A stretch of DNA of 64,000 bases from an uncultured Bacteroidota bacterium. Lineage in GTDB: Bacteria; Bacteroidota; Bacteroidia; Bacteroidales; DTGW01. Of this stretch, positions 47,834-56,814 are shown in pieces. The translations under genes and the position numbers were made by a program. A model generated the notes under the pieces. That model searched no databases. It had not been told where the DNA came from and saw only the letters and a list, made by a program, of their open reading frames with translations. The stretch's first letter is position 1, and every line of letters begins with the position of its first letter. The DNA is taken from assembly GCA_963701015.1 (NCBI GenBank), contig OY969556.1:3628424-3692423 (forward strand), written 5' to 3'.

Positions 47834-47892
47834 AAATTTAATTTTAGAGTCAAGAATCAAGAGTCAGGTACAATGAACAAATTATTGTATTC

Positions 47893-48984
47893 TTATTTAC
47901 TTTGAAGTAGTTTTTTGATATTTTCAAAAACTATATCTTCCGAAATGTCAAGCATACAACTTCGATCGCGCTTACAGGTATTGCCGTAATAGCAATCGCA
48001 ACCTGAAGTTGGTTCGACTATTATACCATTATTATATAGGTAAAATTCATTTCGGTTAAAAATGTTATTCATTAAAACCATTGGTATTTTTAGGGCAGTA
48101 ACTATATGCATCATCATTGAAACCTGGGTAACAACCAAATCGCAATTTGATGTTAAAGCCATAAATTCTTTTAAGGAATAATGCCCCGGATAATAAGCAC
48201 CGCTTTCTTTAGCCAAAAATAAATTATTACTGTCTTCAGCAGCTCCTCCTAAAAGAACAGGATAGAAATTATGATTAATTAAAAGCTTAATTAATTTTAT
48301 CCAATAATCATTTGGCCATAAACGGGTTGTCCAACGTGCCCCGCAACCGGTATTTAAACCAATAACATATTTATTTTCTGCTTTACTTTTTAAGCTTTTC
48401 CATTTATCAGCCAAATCCTTTTCTATATTTAAAACATAAGGCTCATCATCAAATTTCAAATGACATATCTCAAAAATTTCTTCAAGGTAATTTTTAGTAT
48501 TTTCTTTCGAAATATTATCAAACAAGCCGGTAATAAGCTTATGTTCGGCATTGGGTGTGGCAATTCCCAAATGGTGATTTTCCCAAATATACCCATATTT
48601 TTCAGTAGCAGTTACATCTTTAAGCAAACTGCAAGCTTCAGTTTCCTTATCGAGGTTAATGGCAATATCAAACTTCATATTTTGAATTGCATATACCGAT
48701 GCAAAATCAAATTTATAAATTGTATTAACATGGTTTGCAGGCACAACATCAGGAGAATGGGTCAACCAGGAAATATGACAATTGGGATAAAGTTTACGAT
48801 AACGTACTAATAAAGGTGTAGTTCGTATTACATCACCAATTGCACCTAATTTAATAATGAGAATTCTTTTACTTATTGGAATGTACTCATCACAACTTGA
48901 ACAAATTTTATTTCGCAACTTATTTGGGTTGCAAGGAATATGCCCTTTAAAATATATACAATCAAACTTTACTTTTTCTATCAT
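47893..48984 (-). CDS. Glycosyltransferase family 9 (heptosyltransferase-like) with Cys-rich terminal extensions
   Basis: 363 aa. ILIIKLGAIGDVIRTTPLL and VIGLNTGCGARW...PVLLGG are typical of GT9. Extra cysteine clusters at the N-terminus (C9, C18, C28, C31) and the C-terminus (CDCYYGNTCKRDRSC). Confidence 0.65.
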   Translation of the reverse strand: MIEKVKFDCIYFKGHIPCNPNKLRNKICSSCDEYIPISKRILIIKLGAIGDVIRTTPLLVRYRKLYPNCHISWLTHSPDVVPANHVNTIYKFDFASVYAIQNMKFDIAINLDKETEACSLLKDVTATEKYGYIWENHHLGIATPNAEHKLITGLFDNISKENTKNYLEEIFEICHLKFDDEPYVLNIEKDLADKWKSLKSKAENKYVIGLNTGCGARWTTRLWPNDYWIKLIKLLINHNFYPVLLGGAAEDSNNLFLAKESGAYYPGHYSLKEFMALTSNCDLVVTQVSMMMHIVTALKIPMVLMNNIFNRNEFYLYNNGIIVEPTSGCDCYYGNTCKRDRSCMLDISEDIVFENIKKLLQSK

Positions 48985-49152
48985 TCACTTACTATATAAT
49001 ATGGCAAAGCTAATGGTTCGATTACGAATTTGCAAAAACAAAAAAGGTTTTTAGACTGAAATCTAGTTGAAATTCAGATGATTTTTAAAAAAATGGGAGA
49101 ATTCTTAATTAAATAGTTAATGAAAAGGGTAATAATGCAAGTCAATTTTTAT

Positions 49153-50007
49153 TTACCATCCTCCAAAAGTGCTAAAACTTTCTTTTATAAAATGCGATTT
49201 AGCCCTGATAATTAAAACAGGAATTGGCGATTTGCTAATCATTTGTTGTGCTTCACCACCAATTATAAAATCTGTAATGCTTTCACCGCTTTCGTTTATA
49301 ATTGAAATTAATTCAGCGCCAACATTTTCAGAATACTTTAAAACCTGGTTAATTGGGTTATTCCCAATTAAGGAACCTGTAACATAAGGAATGTCCTTCG
49401 ATTTTAAATAATTACATATTTGAGCTGAATAAGCAGCTAAACGATTAACTATTCGCTTACTGTTTGATGAAGTTACCGTTACCACATGTACTTCGGCATT
49501 GAATAATTGAGCCAGCATTGATGTATAAACAACTTTTTGACGTGACTCAACAACAAAATCTATTGGCAAAACAATTTTTGAAATTGAATTAGGTACAGGT
49601 AGCTGACGAATAGTAATAACAGGACGTGAAGTTGCTGAAACCATTCTATAAGCATTACTTCCAATAAATAATTCTTCGAAACCCGATGCGCCATGTGTTG
49701 ATGCAACAATTAAACTATCGCTAAAAGCTTCGGCCTGACTAACAATTTCCTGATATACTTTTCCTTTTTTAATTATATATGTAAGTTCTGAACCATTTGG
49801 AATAGAATTTTTGTACTTATCCAAAAGTTTTTTAAAATTTTTTTCAGCATTTCTGTTTTCTTCATCCGTTATACTCGGAACATCTGATTTTTTTAAAACA
49901 TATACCATCTGTATTTTCACAGGAGTATGCTTAGCAATTAATATCGCCAAATCAAGACCTTTATATGCATCAGTTGAAAAATCTAGAGGTACAATGATAT
50001 TTTTCAT
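49153..50007 (-). CDS. Tandem-domain universal stress protein (UspA family)
   Basis: Probable ATG 50007 (MKNIIVPLDFS...). Two Usp-like halves (IVPLDFS.../ILPIDFV..., STHGASGFEELFIGSNA). Confidence 0.75.
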   Translation of the reverse strand: MKNIIVPLDFSTDAYKGLDLAILIAKHTPVKIQMVYVLKKSDVPSITDEENRNAEKNFKKLLDKYKNSIPNGSELTYIIKKGKVYQEIVSQAEAFSDSLIVASTHGASGFEELFIGSNAYRMVSATSRPVITIRQLPVPNSISKIVLPIDFVVESRQKVVYTSMLAQLFNAEVHVVTVTSSNSKRIVNRLAAYSAQICNYLKSKDIPYVTGSLIGNNPINQVLKYSENVGAELISIINESGESITDFIIGGEAQQMISKSPIPVLIIRAKSHFIKESFSTFGGW

Positions 50008-50287
50008 TTCAACAGAAATAACTTTTTTTTCCACTTTTAAGTACATTTATTCATTAGCTAAAATAATGAAAATAAATTAAAAAAAAGATTTAACTTCATA
50101 ATTCAATGGATTAAGTGTAAATTCATTTTTTTTTAGCGTTAAATAAATTCTAATTTGAATTCTAAAGTTCGATTTTAACTAAAAAATTTAAAGAATTTTC
50201 CCGCAATCGAATTAAATGAGAAAAAATGTGTTATTTATTAGCGTAAGTGTAAATTATACATTTTATATTAATTTTCTACTTAATGTC

Positions 50288-50324
50288 AAATCGACATTTC
50301 AAAAATTTTGTGAAATGTTGATTT
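50288..50324. promoter_or_regulatory. 37-bp near-perfect palindrome upstream of the susC promoter
   Basis: AAATCGACATTTC (50288-50300) versus GAAATGTTGATTT (50312-50324), 12 of 13 complementary, around an AAAATTTT-containing centre. Confidence 0.4.
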
Positions 50325-50361
50325 TACAAGGAAAAGATGAATATTTTTTAAAGTTCTTTTA

Positions 50362-50369
50362 TATATTTG
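50362..50369 (+). promoter_or_regulatory. -7 promoter box TATATTTG for susC
   Basis: TAnnTTTG match 68 nt upstream of the ATG at 50437. Confidence 0.45.
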
Positions 50370-50436
50370 GTCAAAATTTTTAATTTATTAACAACTTAAC
50401 TATAATAAACATTACTTAACATTAAACTAACAGCTT

Positions 50437-53400
50437 ATGATGAAAAAGTTAACATTTTTAATCGTTTTCCTGTTTAGTCTTACGCAAATTTTTGCACAAG
50501 ATAGAACTATTACAGGAAGTGTGGTTGACGAAACCGGAGCAACAATGCCCGGTGCAACAGTTTCTCTTAAAGGAACCCAAAAAGGTACAGTTACTGATAT
50601 TAATGGCAAATATTCCATTACAGTACCTGAATCAGGTTCGATATTAGTTATTTCTTATGTTGGATATGCTCCAAAAGAAGTTCCTGTTGGTGAAAGCAAT
50701 ACAATTGATGTAAATTTAAGTGCCGACGTAAAATCGCTTGATCAGATTGTTGTTGTAGGATATGGTGTTCAGAAGAAAAGTCTGGTAACCGGTGCAATTT
50801 CAAAAATTGATGCCAAAGAACTTTCCGAAGCTCCGGTTCAAAGAGTTGACGAAGCTTTACAAGGCAAAACAGCAGGGGTTTTTATGGCACAATCTTCCGG
50901 TTCACCTGGTAGTGGAATGAACATTAAAATTCGTGGTGTTAGTTCAAATGGTACCAATGGTCCTCTTTTCATTGTAGATGGTGTTAAAACAGGTTCCATA
51001 GATTATTTATCACCTAGTGACATTGAATCGATGGAAGTACTTAAAGATGGTGCATCCTCTGCAATTTATGGTACTGAAGGGGGTAATGGGGTTATTATAA
51101 TTACTACAAAAAAAGGTACAAAAGGAAATACACAGGTAAATTATTCTATGAACTACGGCATACAACAAGTATCACATCAAATACCTGTTATGAATGCCCA
51201 ACAGTTTATTGATTATCAGAAACAGGCTTATCGCTGGGAACATTTAAAAAATGCAAGTGATTCAACCAGGAATTTAAAGAACTATCAAAATTGGAATTCA
51301 TATTTCGCTGGAACTAATATGGAAGCTCAACAAGTTGATACAACTGGCGCAGGTATAAATTGGCAAAACCAGATATTCCAAAAAGCACCAGTTGTTGAAC
51401 ATAACTTATCATTTAGTGGTGGTAATGATAATGGTAGTTATTTTTTAAGTGCCGGTTATCTTAATCAAAATGGTATAGTTGGAGGTTCACAAAGCAATTA
51501 TACCCGTTATTCTTTCCATTTTAATGGTGAAGAAAAGGTGAAAAAATGGCTGACTGTTGGAAGCAATGTTTCCTATACAAAATCATTACGACATGTTTTA
51601 AATGAATCGAATGAATTTGGCGGAATTGTTACCGATGCTATATTCTTTGATCCTACGGTTCCGATTCATTACGGTAAAGATACTACCAGCCTTCCCGGAT
51701 TTGTTCAGGGAAATTCAACAGCAGAAAATAATTTAATTAAGAATAAAAATGGTGAATTTTATGGCCTTTCAAAATACACTTCAGGTGAAGCCGCAAACCC
51801 ATTGGCACAAATAGCAAATACCTATAATACTCAAAGTATTGATAAAGTTTTAGGTGATATTCATGCTGATGTGAATATTCTTAAAAGCCTTAAGTTCACG
51901 ACCAGGCTAGCTATGGATTATTCATTGGAATACGATGATATTTTCTCTCCTACTTATTATTATAACGGACAAAATTCTGTAACAAATGATACTTTAAGTT
52001 CAGTTCAAAATAAGTATATAAAATATTATAAGTATGCTTTTGACAACTTCTTTACTTATAATCAGACCTTTGGTGAACATGGCATTGATGCTACTTTAGG
52101 TTGTACTTACGAAAATTACAGACCCCAATACATTGATGTTACTGGTTATTTGGTTCCAGAAAATAATTACAATTTTGCTTATTTATATGATACTAATAAC
52201 GGTTTGGCAAATCATATTCCAAAAGTTAGTGGTGGTTTGGGAACTTCAACCGATGCTCAATATGGTCAGGAATATGCAAATATTCAACAATCGTATTTTG
52301 GGCGTTTAAATTATAATTATTCTGAAAAATATTTGGTTGAAGCTACTATAAGACGAGATGGATCATCATTATTTGGAACAGCGAACAGATTTGTTGTTTT
52401 CCCATCATTCTCACTGGGATGGAATATTGGTAAAGAAGATTTCCTGAAGGACAATGCTTCATTCCTGAATAATGCCAAGTTACGTTTTAGCTGGGGACAA
52501 AACGGTAGTGACCAAGCTCTGTATGCGTATGCATATACTTCATTAATGACCAATGGACATAATTATACCGATGCAAATGGTAATAATCTTGCTGGTTCAG
52601 TTCCTTTAAATCCTGGTAATGCTACATTGCAATGGGAAACCAGCCAGCAATTAGATGGTGGGATTGATTTAGCTATGTTAAACAATAAGGTAACATTTTC
52701 AGCCGATTATTATGATAAGCAAACAAAAGGCCAGTTAGCTACAAACAATCAGGTTCCATACTATTTAGGGTATAACACAATCCCTTATGTAAATAGCGGG
52801 AATGTTGATAATAAAGGGATTGAACTTGAATTGGGCTATCGTGAATCAGAAGGTGATTTTAAATATTCAATCAATGCAAACGCTTCATTTGTTAAAAATA
52901 AAGTTACAGCTTATGGTGATTCAGGAGCTTACCAAATGGGATCAAATGTTGGAACCCAAGGTTCAGTTGCCCGTTATCAGGCTGGACAAGCTGCATGGTA
53001 TTTTTATGGTTACCAGGCTGATGGAATTTTCCAAACTTCACAGGAAGTTCAAAATTACAACGTTGGTATAGTGAATGGAAAGGTTTTGACTGATGCAAAC
53101 GGTAACCCAATTATTAACCCAACCGATGCTCAAATAGGAACCGGGAAAAGAAAATTGATACAACCAACTGCTGTTGCAGGAGACGTAAAGTATGCTGATT
53201 TAAATAAAGATGGTTCAATATCAACTGCTGATGAAACAAATATTGGAACGCCATGGCCGGCAATGACCTATGGTCTGAATTTAGCTTGCGAATATAAAGG
53301 ATTCGATTTCAGTGCATTTTTCCAGGGTGTTGAAGGAAATAAAATTTTCTTTGCTGTAACTCGCTCTGACAGGACAAATTATAATAAGCCTGAATTCTAT

Positions 53401-53751
53401 TATAGCAATGCATGGAACGGACCAAATTCAGGAGGATCGATGCCCAGGGCAACCATTGATAATTCACCTGCCAACAATTATTACAGTTCCTTAAATGTTT
53501 ATAATGGTAGTTATTTACGATTAAAAAATATTACACTTGGATATACGCTACCTGTTGATTTAACTAAGAAAATTGGAATCAGCAAATTCAGGATTTATAC
53601 TTCAGCTCTTAATTTATTGACATTTACAAAATATCCGGGATCGGATCCTGAAATTGGACAAGATACTAATGGCAATCAGGCTTTTGGTATTGACAGGGGA
53701 TTATACCCATCATCAAAGACATTTAATTTTGGTGTAAATGTTACATTTTAA
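50437..53751 (+). CDS. susC: SusC/RagA-family TonB-linked outer-membrane transporter
   Basis: 1104 aa. N-terminal carboxypeptidase-regulatory-like domain (ITGSVVDETGATMPGATVSLKGTQKGTVTDINGKYSI), a plug (IESMEVLKDGASSAIYGTEGGNGVIIITTKKG) and C-terminal ...FNFGVNVTF. Confidence 0.9.
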   Translation: MMKKLTFLIVFLFSLTQIFAQDRTITGSVVDETGATMPGATVSLKGTQKGTVTDINGKYSITVPESGSILVISYVGYAPKEVPVGESNTIDVNLSADVKSLDQIVVVGYGVQKKSLVTGAISKIDAKELSEAPVQRVDEALQGKTAGVFMAQSSGSPGSGMNIKIRGVSSNGTNGPLFIVDGVKTGSIDYLSPSDIESMEVLKDGASSAIYGTEGGNGVIIITTKKGTKGNTQVNYSMNYGIQQVSHQIPVMNAQQFIDYQKQAYRWEHLKNASDSTRNLKNYQNWNSYFAGTNMEAQQVDTTGAGINWQNQIFQKAPVVEHNLSFSGGNDNGSYFLSAGYLNQNGIVGGSQSNYTRYSFHFNGEEKVKKWLTVGSNVSYTKSLRHVLNESNEFGGIVTDAIFFDPTVPIHYGKDTTSLPGFVQGNSTAENNLIKNKNGEFYGLSKYTSGEAANPLAQIANTYNTQSIDKVLGDIHADVNILKSLKFTTRLAMDYSLEYDDIFSPTYYYNGQNSVTNDTLSSVQNKYIKYYKYAFDNFFTYNQTFGEHGIDATLGCTYENYRPQYIDVTGYLVPENNYNFAYLYDTNNGLANHIPKVSGGLGTSTDAQYGQEYANIQQSYFGRLNYNYSEKYLVEATIRRDGSSLFGTANRFVVFPSFSLGWNIGKEDFLKDNASFLNNAKLRFSWGQNGSDQALYAYAYTSLMTNGHNYTDANGNNLAGSVPLNPGNATLQWETSQQLDGGIDLAMLNNKVTFSADYYDKQTKGQLATNNQVPYYLGYNTIPYVNSGNVDNKGIELELGYRESEGDFKYSINANASFVKNKVTAYGDSGAYQMGSNVGTQGSVARYQAGQAAWYFYGYQADGIFQTSQEVQNYNVGIVNGKVLTDANGNPIINPTDAQIGTGKRKLIQPTAVAGDVKYADLNKDGSISTADETNIGTPWPAMTYGLNLACEYKGFDFSAFFQGVEGNKIFFAVTRSDRTNYNKPEFYYSNAWNGPNSGGSMPRATIDNSPANNYYSSLNVYNGSYLRLKNITLGYTLPVDLTKKIGISKFRIYTSALNLLTFTKYPGSDPEIGQDTNGNQAFGIDRGLYPSSKTFNFGVNVTF

Positions 53752-53773
53752 TTTAATTTGAAAAAAGACGCGT

Positions 53774-55381
53774 ATGAAAACAAAAAAAATATTATTATGT
53801 ATGCTGGCATTTATATCAATGATGTATGCCTGCAAAGAAAAAGATTTGGATATAAATTCCACCCGACAAAATGCAAGTACATATTATCAATATGACGACC
53901 ATTTACAAAATGCAATTGAAGGTGCATACTCATGGCTGCAATTGGAATCGCAGAGATGGGGCGCCAATGGTTGGCTTTGGGGTTCACTTGCCGGAGATGA
54001 AGCTTTTACCGGTGGAGGAAGTGCAGTTGACCAACTTGGATACCAGGAAACCAATACACATACTTTAACTCCCGATGCTCCTGATATTACTGCTTTTTGG
54101 CAAACATTTTTCCAGGGAATTAACAGTTGTAATGAAATTTTACTCAATGTTGATTCTACAAGAGATGCAGCATCGCAACAAGCGTATGCTCAAGGCGAAT
54201 TTCTGGAAGCATTTTACTATTTTTACATGGCAAGAGCATATGGTGGTTTACCAAATTTAGTTGCATTAAAAACTACGCCTTCAACCCAGGTTAAAAGGTC
54301 AACCTTAGATGAAACTTATTCTTTTATTGAAAAATTATTAATTAGTTCAATTAGTAATGGAATACAACAGCGCACCAATGGTGTTGACCCTGCAAACGGA
54401 TGGGCAACTTTAGGAAGCGCTGAAGCTTTATTAGGGAAAGTTTATATGTATCATGCCACTTATATTGACGAAAGTGGAACACAGCATAATAACAAACAGT
54501 ATTATACTTTGGCAATTAAATATTTATCGTTGGTTGCTAGTGATCCTAATTATTCTTTAGATCCTGAATTTTGGCATGTATTCAGCCCAATCAATCGTCA
54601 TGGTATTGAATCGATTTTTGAAGTGAATTTTTCAATACAATCCAATCCAAATGCATCAGGAGATGCATTGCCAACCCTTTGCGGTCCTCGCACTGTTGCT
54701 AACCAACAAATAAATGATACCATTCAATATGGCTGGGGTTTCAATGCCCCTCGTATGGCGTTGGTTGAATTGTTTAAAAGCGAAAATGATATGGTGAGGT
54801 ACGATGCAACTATTTTAGATACTGCATCATTACAGGCTATACACGATTTGTGGTTGGGAAAACACGATGTTTTAAACTGGGACATACATACCCCAAAAGA
54901 AACAGAAGGAGGATTTTTTGGCAAGAAAAAATATTCCGATGTTCGTACAATTGCATCAGCCTATGGCACAAATTCGAACCCTGCAATATATTTAAGGCTT
55001 GCCGATGTTTATCTTTTATTGGCCGAAGCTTACAATTTAACCGGTGATGATGCAAATGCCCAAACGTATTTAAATAAAGTTCGTGCAAGGGTTGGAAGAG
55101 CTGCTTCCTCTTCAACGGGGGCTGCTTTGCTTGCAGATATTAAACTTGAAAGACATTTGGAACTTGCTTTGGAAGGTGATAGATTTTTCGACCTGGTTCG
55201 TTGGGGCGATGCCAGTACGGTTTTAGTTGCTAACCCATTGTTGCCAACTATTATTGATTATAACGATCAAAATATTGGTTCGGGACCAAAAGCTATTAAT
55301 CATGGGCTTTTTCCAATTCCACTTTCTGAAATTAGCAGAACATCAGGCTCTTTAGTACTAACGCAAAACCCTGGTTATTAG
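53774..55381 (+). CDS. susD: SusD/RagB-family nutrient-binding lipoprotein
   Basis: 535 aa with lipobox MYAC, immediately after susC. C-terminal RHLELALEGDRFFDLVRWG signature. Confidence 0.85.
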   Translation: MKTKKILLCMLAFISMMYACKEKDLDINSTRQNASTYYQYDDHLQNAIEGAYSWLQLESQRWGANGWLWGSLAGDEAFTGGGSAVDQLGYQETNTHTLTPDAPDITAFWQTFFQGINSCNEILLNVDSTRDAASQQAYAQGEFLEAFYYFYMARAYGGLPNLVALKTTPSTQVKRSTLDETYSFIEKLLISSISNGIQQRTNGVDPANGWATLGSAEALLGKVYMYHATYIDESGTQHNNKQYYTLAIKYLSLVASDPNYSLDPEFWHVFSPINRHGIESIFEVNFSIQSNPNASGDALPTLCGPRTVANQQINDTIQYGWGFNAPRMALVELFKSENDMVRYDATILDTASLQAIHDLWLGKHDVLNWDIHTPKETEGGFFGKKKYSDVRTIASAYGTNSNPAIYLRLADVYLLLAEAYNLTGDDANAQTYLNKVRARVGRAASSSTGAALLADIKLERHLELALEGDRFFDLVRWGDASTVLVANPLLPTIIDYNDQNIGSGPKAINHGLFPIPLSEISRTSGSLVLTQNPGY

Positions 55382-55399
55382 TACTTTAAAGAATATTTG

Positions 55400-55463
55400 A
55401 AATTGCTTCAAATTCTATTATTGACTGTTTCTAAGCAATATAAAAAATTTGAAGCAATTTTTT
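55400..55463 (+). terminator. Long hairpin with T-run between susD and the next gene (terminator or attenuator)
   Basis: AAATTGCTTCAAATT (55400-55414) is the exact reverse complement of AATTTGAAGCAATTT (55446-55460), with a 31-nt loop, followed by TTT. Confidence 0.5.
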
Positions 55464-55526
55464 AACGCAAAAAATTTTGTTAGTTATAAAAATTCATTTT
55501 ATATTAGCATATAATTTAGAATTATG

Positions 55527-55534
55527 TATTTTTG
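55527..55534 (+). promoter_or_regulatory. -7 promoter box TATTTTTG
   Basis: TAnnTTTG match 31 nt upstream of the ATG at 55565. It overlaps the ORF-track TTG start at 55532, which argues for the 55565 start. Confidence 0.4.
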
Positions 55535-55564
55535 AACTTAATTATTAACTTAAATTATTCGATT

Positions 55565-56572
55565 ATGAAGAAATTACTTTTACTATGTGCAGGAGCTGTA
55601 GTGGCAACATCTATGTCATTTGCAGGTTTAACACCAGCTCTTACTGTAAATCCAACTACCGGAACTGTTGTACCTGATGGTACAGTTGCTACTGATGGTA
55701 CTGAAGCCTGGACAGCAACCTGGACAACACTTACTGATGCAAAAGCTGCTAATACAACCAGTGGTATGACAGCTAAATTCCAGATTACTTATAACCAAAA
55801 GTATTTGTGGGTAGCTTTGGAACAAGACAACAACACCGAAGTTGACTCATCATACTTAGATGACCCATGGCAGAGAGATTGTTTTGAAGTTATGATTGGT
55901 ATGGATACCAATGATTTTTATAACAATGGTAAATACAAAGAAGGTGACTTACAGTTCAGGATGGACAGAGGTCCTTCAGGTATTCAATCACCTTTTGTTG
56001 ATTCACTAGATCAGTCAAGTGGTAAGACCAAAGCGGTTGATCCATTTTGTTTAAGTGATGCAGGTGCTGTTGCACAAAACAATGCTGATTTTAAAGTTGG
56101 CCAAACCGATGCTGGAACTGGTTTTACACAAGAATGGCAATTCCCCTGGAAAGGTTTAGTTGCTACAATGAAAGATTCAGGTAAATTCTTAGGCAACTAT
56201 TTCAAAATGGAAATGCAGGGTGCTGATTGTACAACTCCTGGTAAAAATGCTGGTAGAAGCCAACAACAGTTTTGGCATAACAATTCAGATAATGAATACC
56301 AGGATACAAGAACATTTTCTTTGGTTTATTTATCAGAAAAAGTTGGTGTAAATACAGTTAATCCTGTATCTAATACATTTAAAGTATATCCTTCAGTAAC
56401 ATCTGATGTATTGAAATTTTCACAAACTGTGAACAATGCTATTATTTACAATGCTGCTGGTCAGGAAGTTGAAGTTTTAAGAAATGTAAACCAGGTTAAT
56501 GTAAGTGATTACAATGCTGGTGTATATTTTGTTAAAGCTGGTAACCAAACTGCAAGATTTATCAAAAGATAA
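55565..56572 (+). CDS. CBM9/DOMON-like sugar-binding protein with T9SS C-terminal sorting domain
   Basis: About 335 aa from MKKLLLLCAGAVV. KFQITYNQKYLWVALEQ...DCFEVMIGMD is CBM9-like. C-terminal FKVYPSVTSDVLKF...GVYFVKAGNQTARFIKR is a T9SS CTD. Confidence 0.6.
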   Translation: MKKLLLLCAGAVVATSMSFAGLTPALTVNPTTGTVVPDGTVATDGTEAWTATWTTLTDAKAANTTSGMTAKFQITYNQKYLWVALEQDNNTEVDSSYLDDPWQRDCFEVMIGMDTNDFYNNGKYKEGDLQFRMDRGPSGIQSPFVDSLDQSSGKTKAVDPFCLSDAGAVAQNNADFKVGQTDAGTGFTQEWQFPWKGLVATMKDSGKFLGNYFKMEMQGADCTTPGKNAGRSQQQFWHNNSDNEYQDTRTFSLVYLSEKVGVNTVNPVSNTFKVYPSVTSDVLKFSQTVNNAIIYNAAGQEVEVLRNVNQVNVSDYNAGVYFVKAGNQTARFIKR

Positions 56573-56589
56573 TTAGCAAATTAATTATA

Positions 56590-56619
56590 AAAAAGCTGCC
56601 AAATGGCAGCTTTTTTTTT
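56590..56619 (+). terminator. Intrinsic terminator
   Basis: AAAAA-GCTGCC-AAAT-GGCAGC-TTTTTTTTT. Confidence 0.75.
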
Positions 56620-56814
56620 ACCCAATTGCGAATAATTATTTATTGTGTTCAATTCAAAATTTCAAATTTTAACTCTACAATCACTTTTACTTACTTTAAA
56701 AACTATTACCTGAATTTTTCATATTTTAGTTATTTTTGAAAATCATTTAAACTTTTCAATTCTTATTGATTACAATAAGGATGCAATATTTTCATTATAT
56801 AATTTATCCAACTG

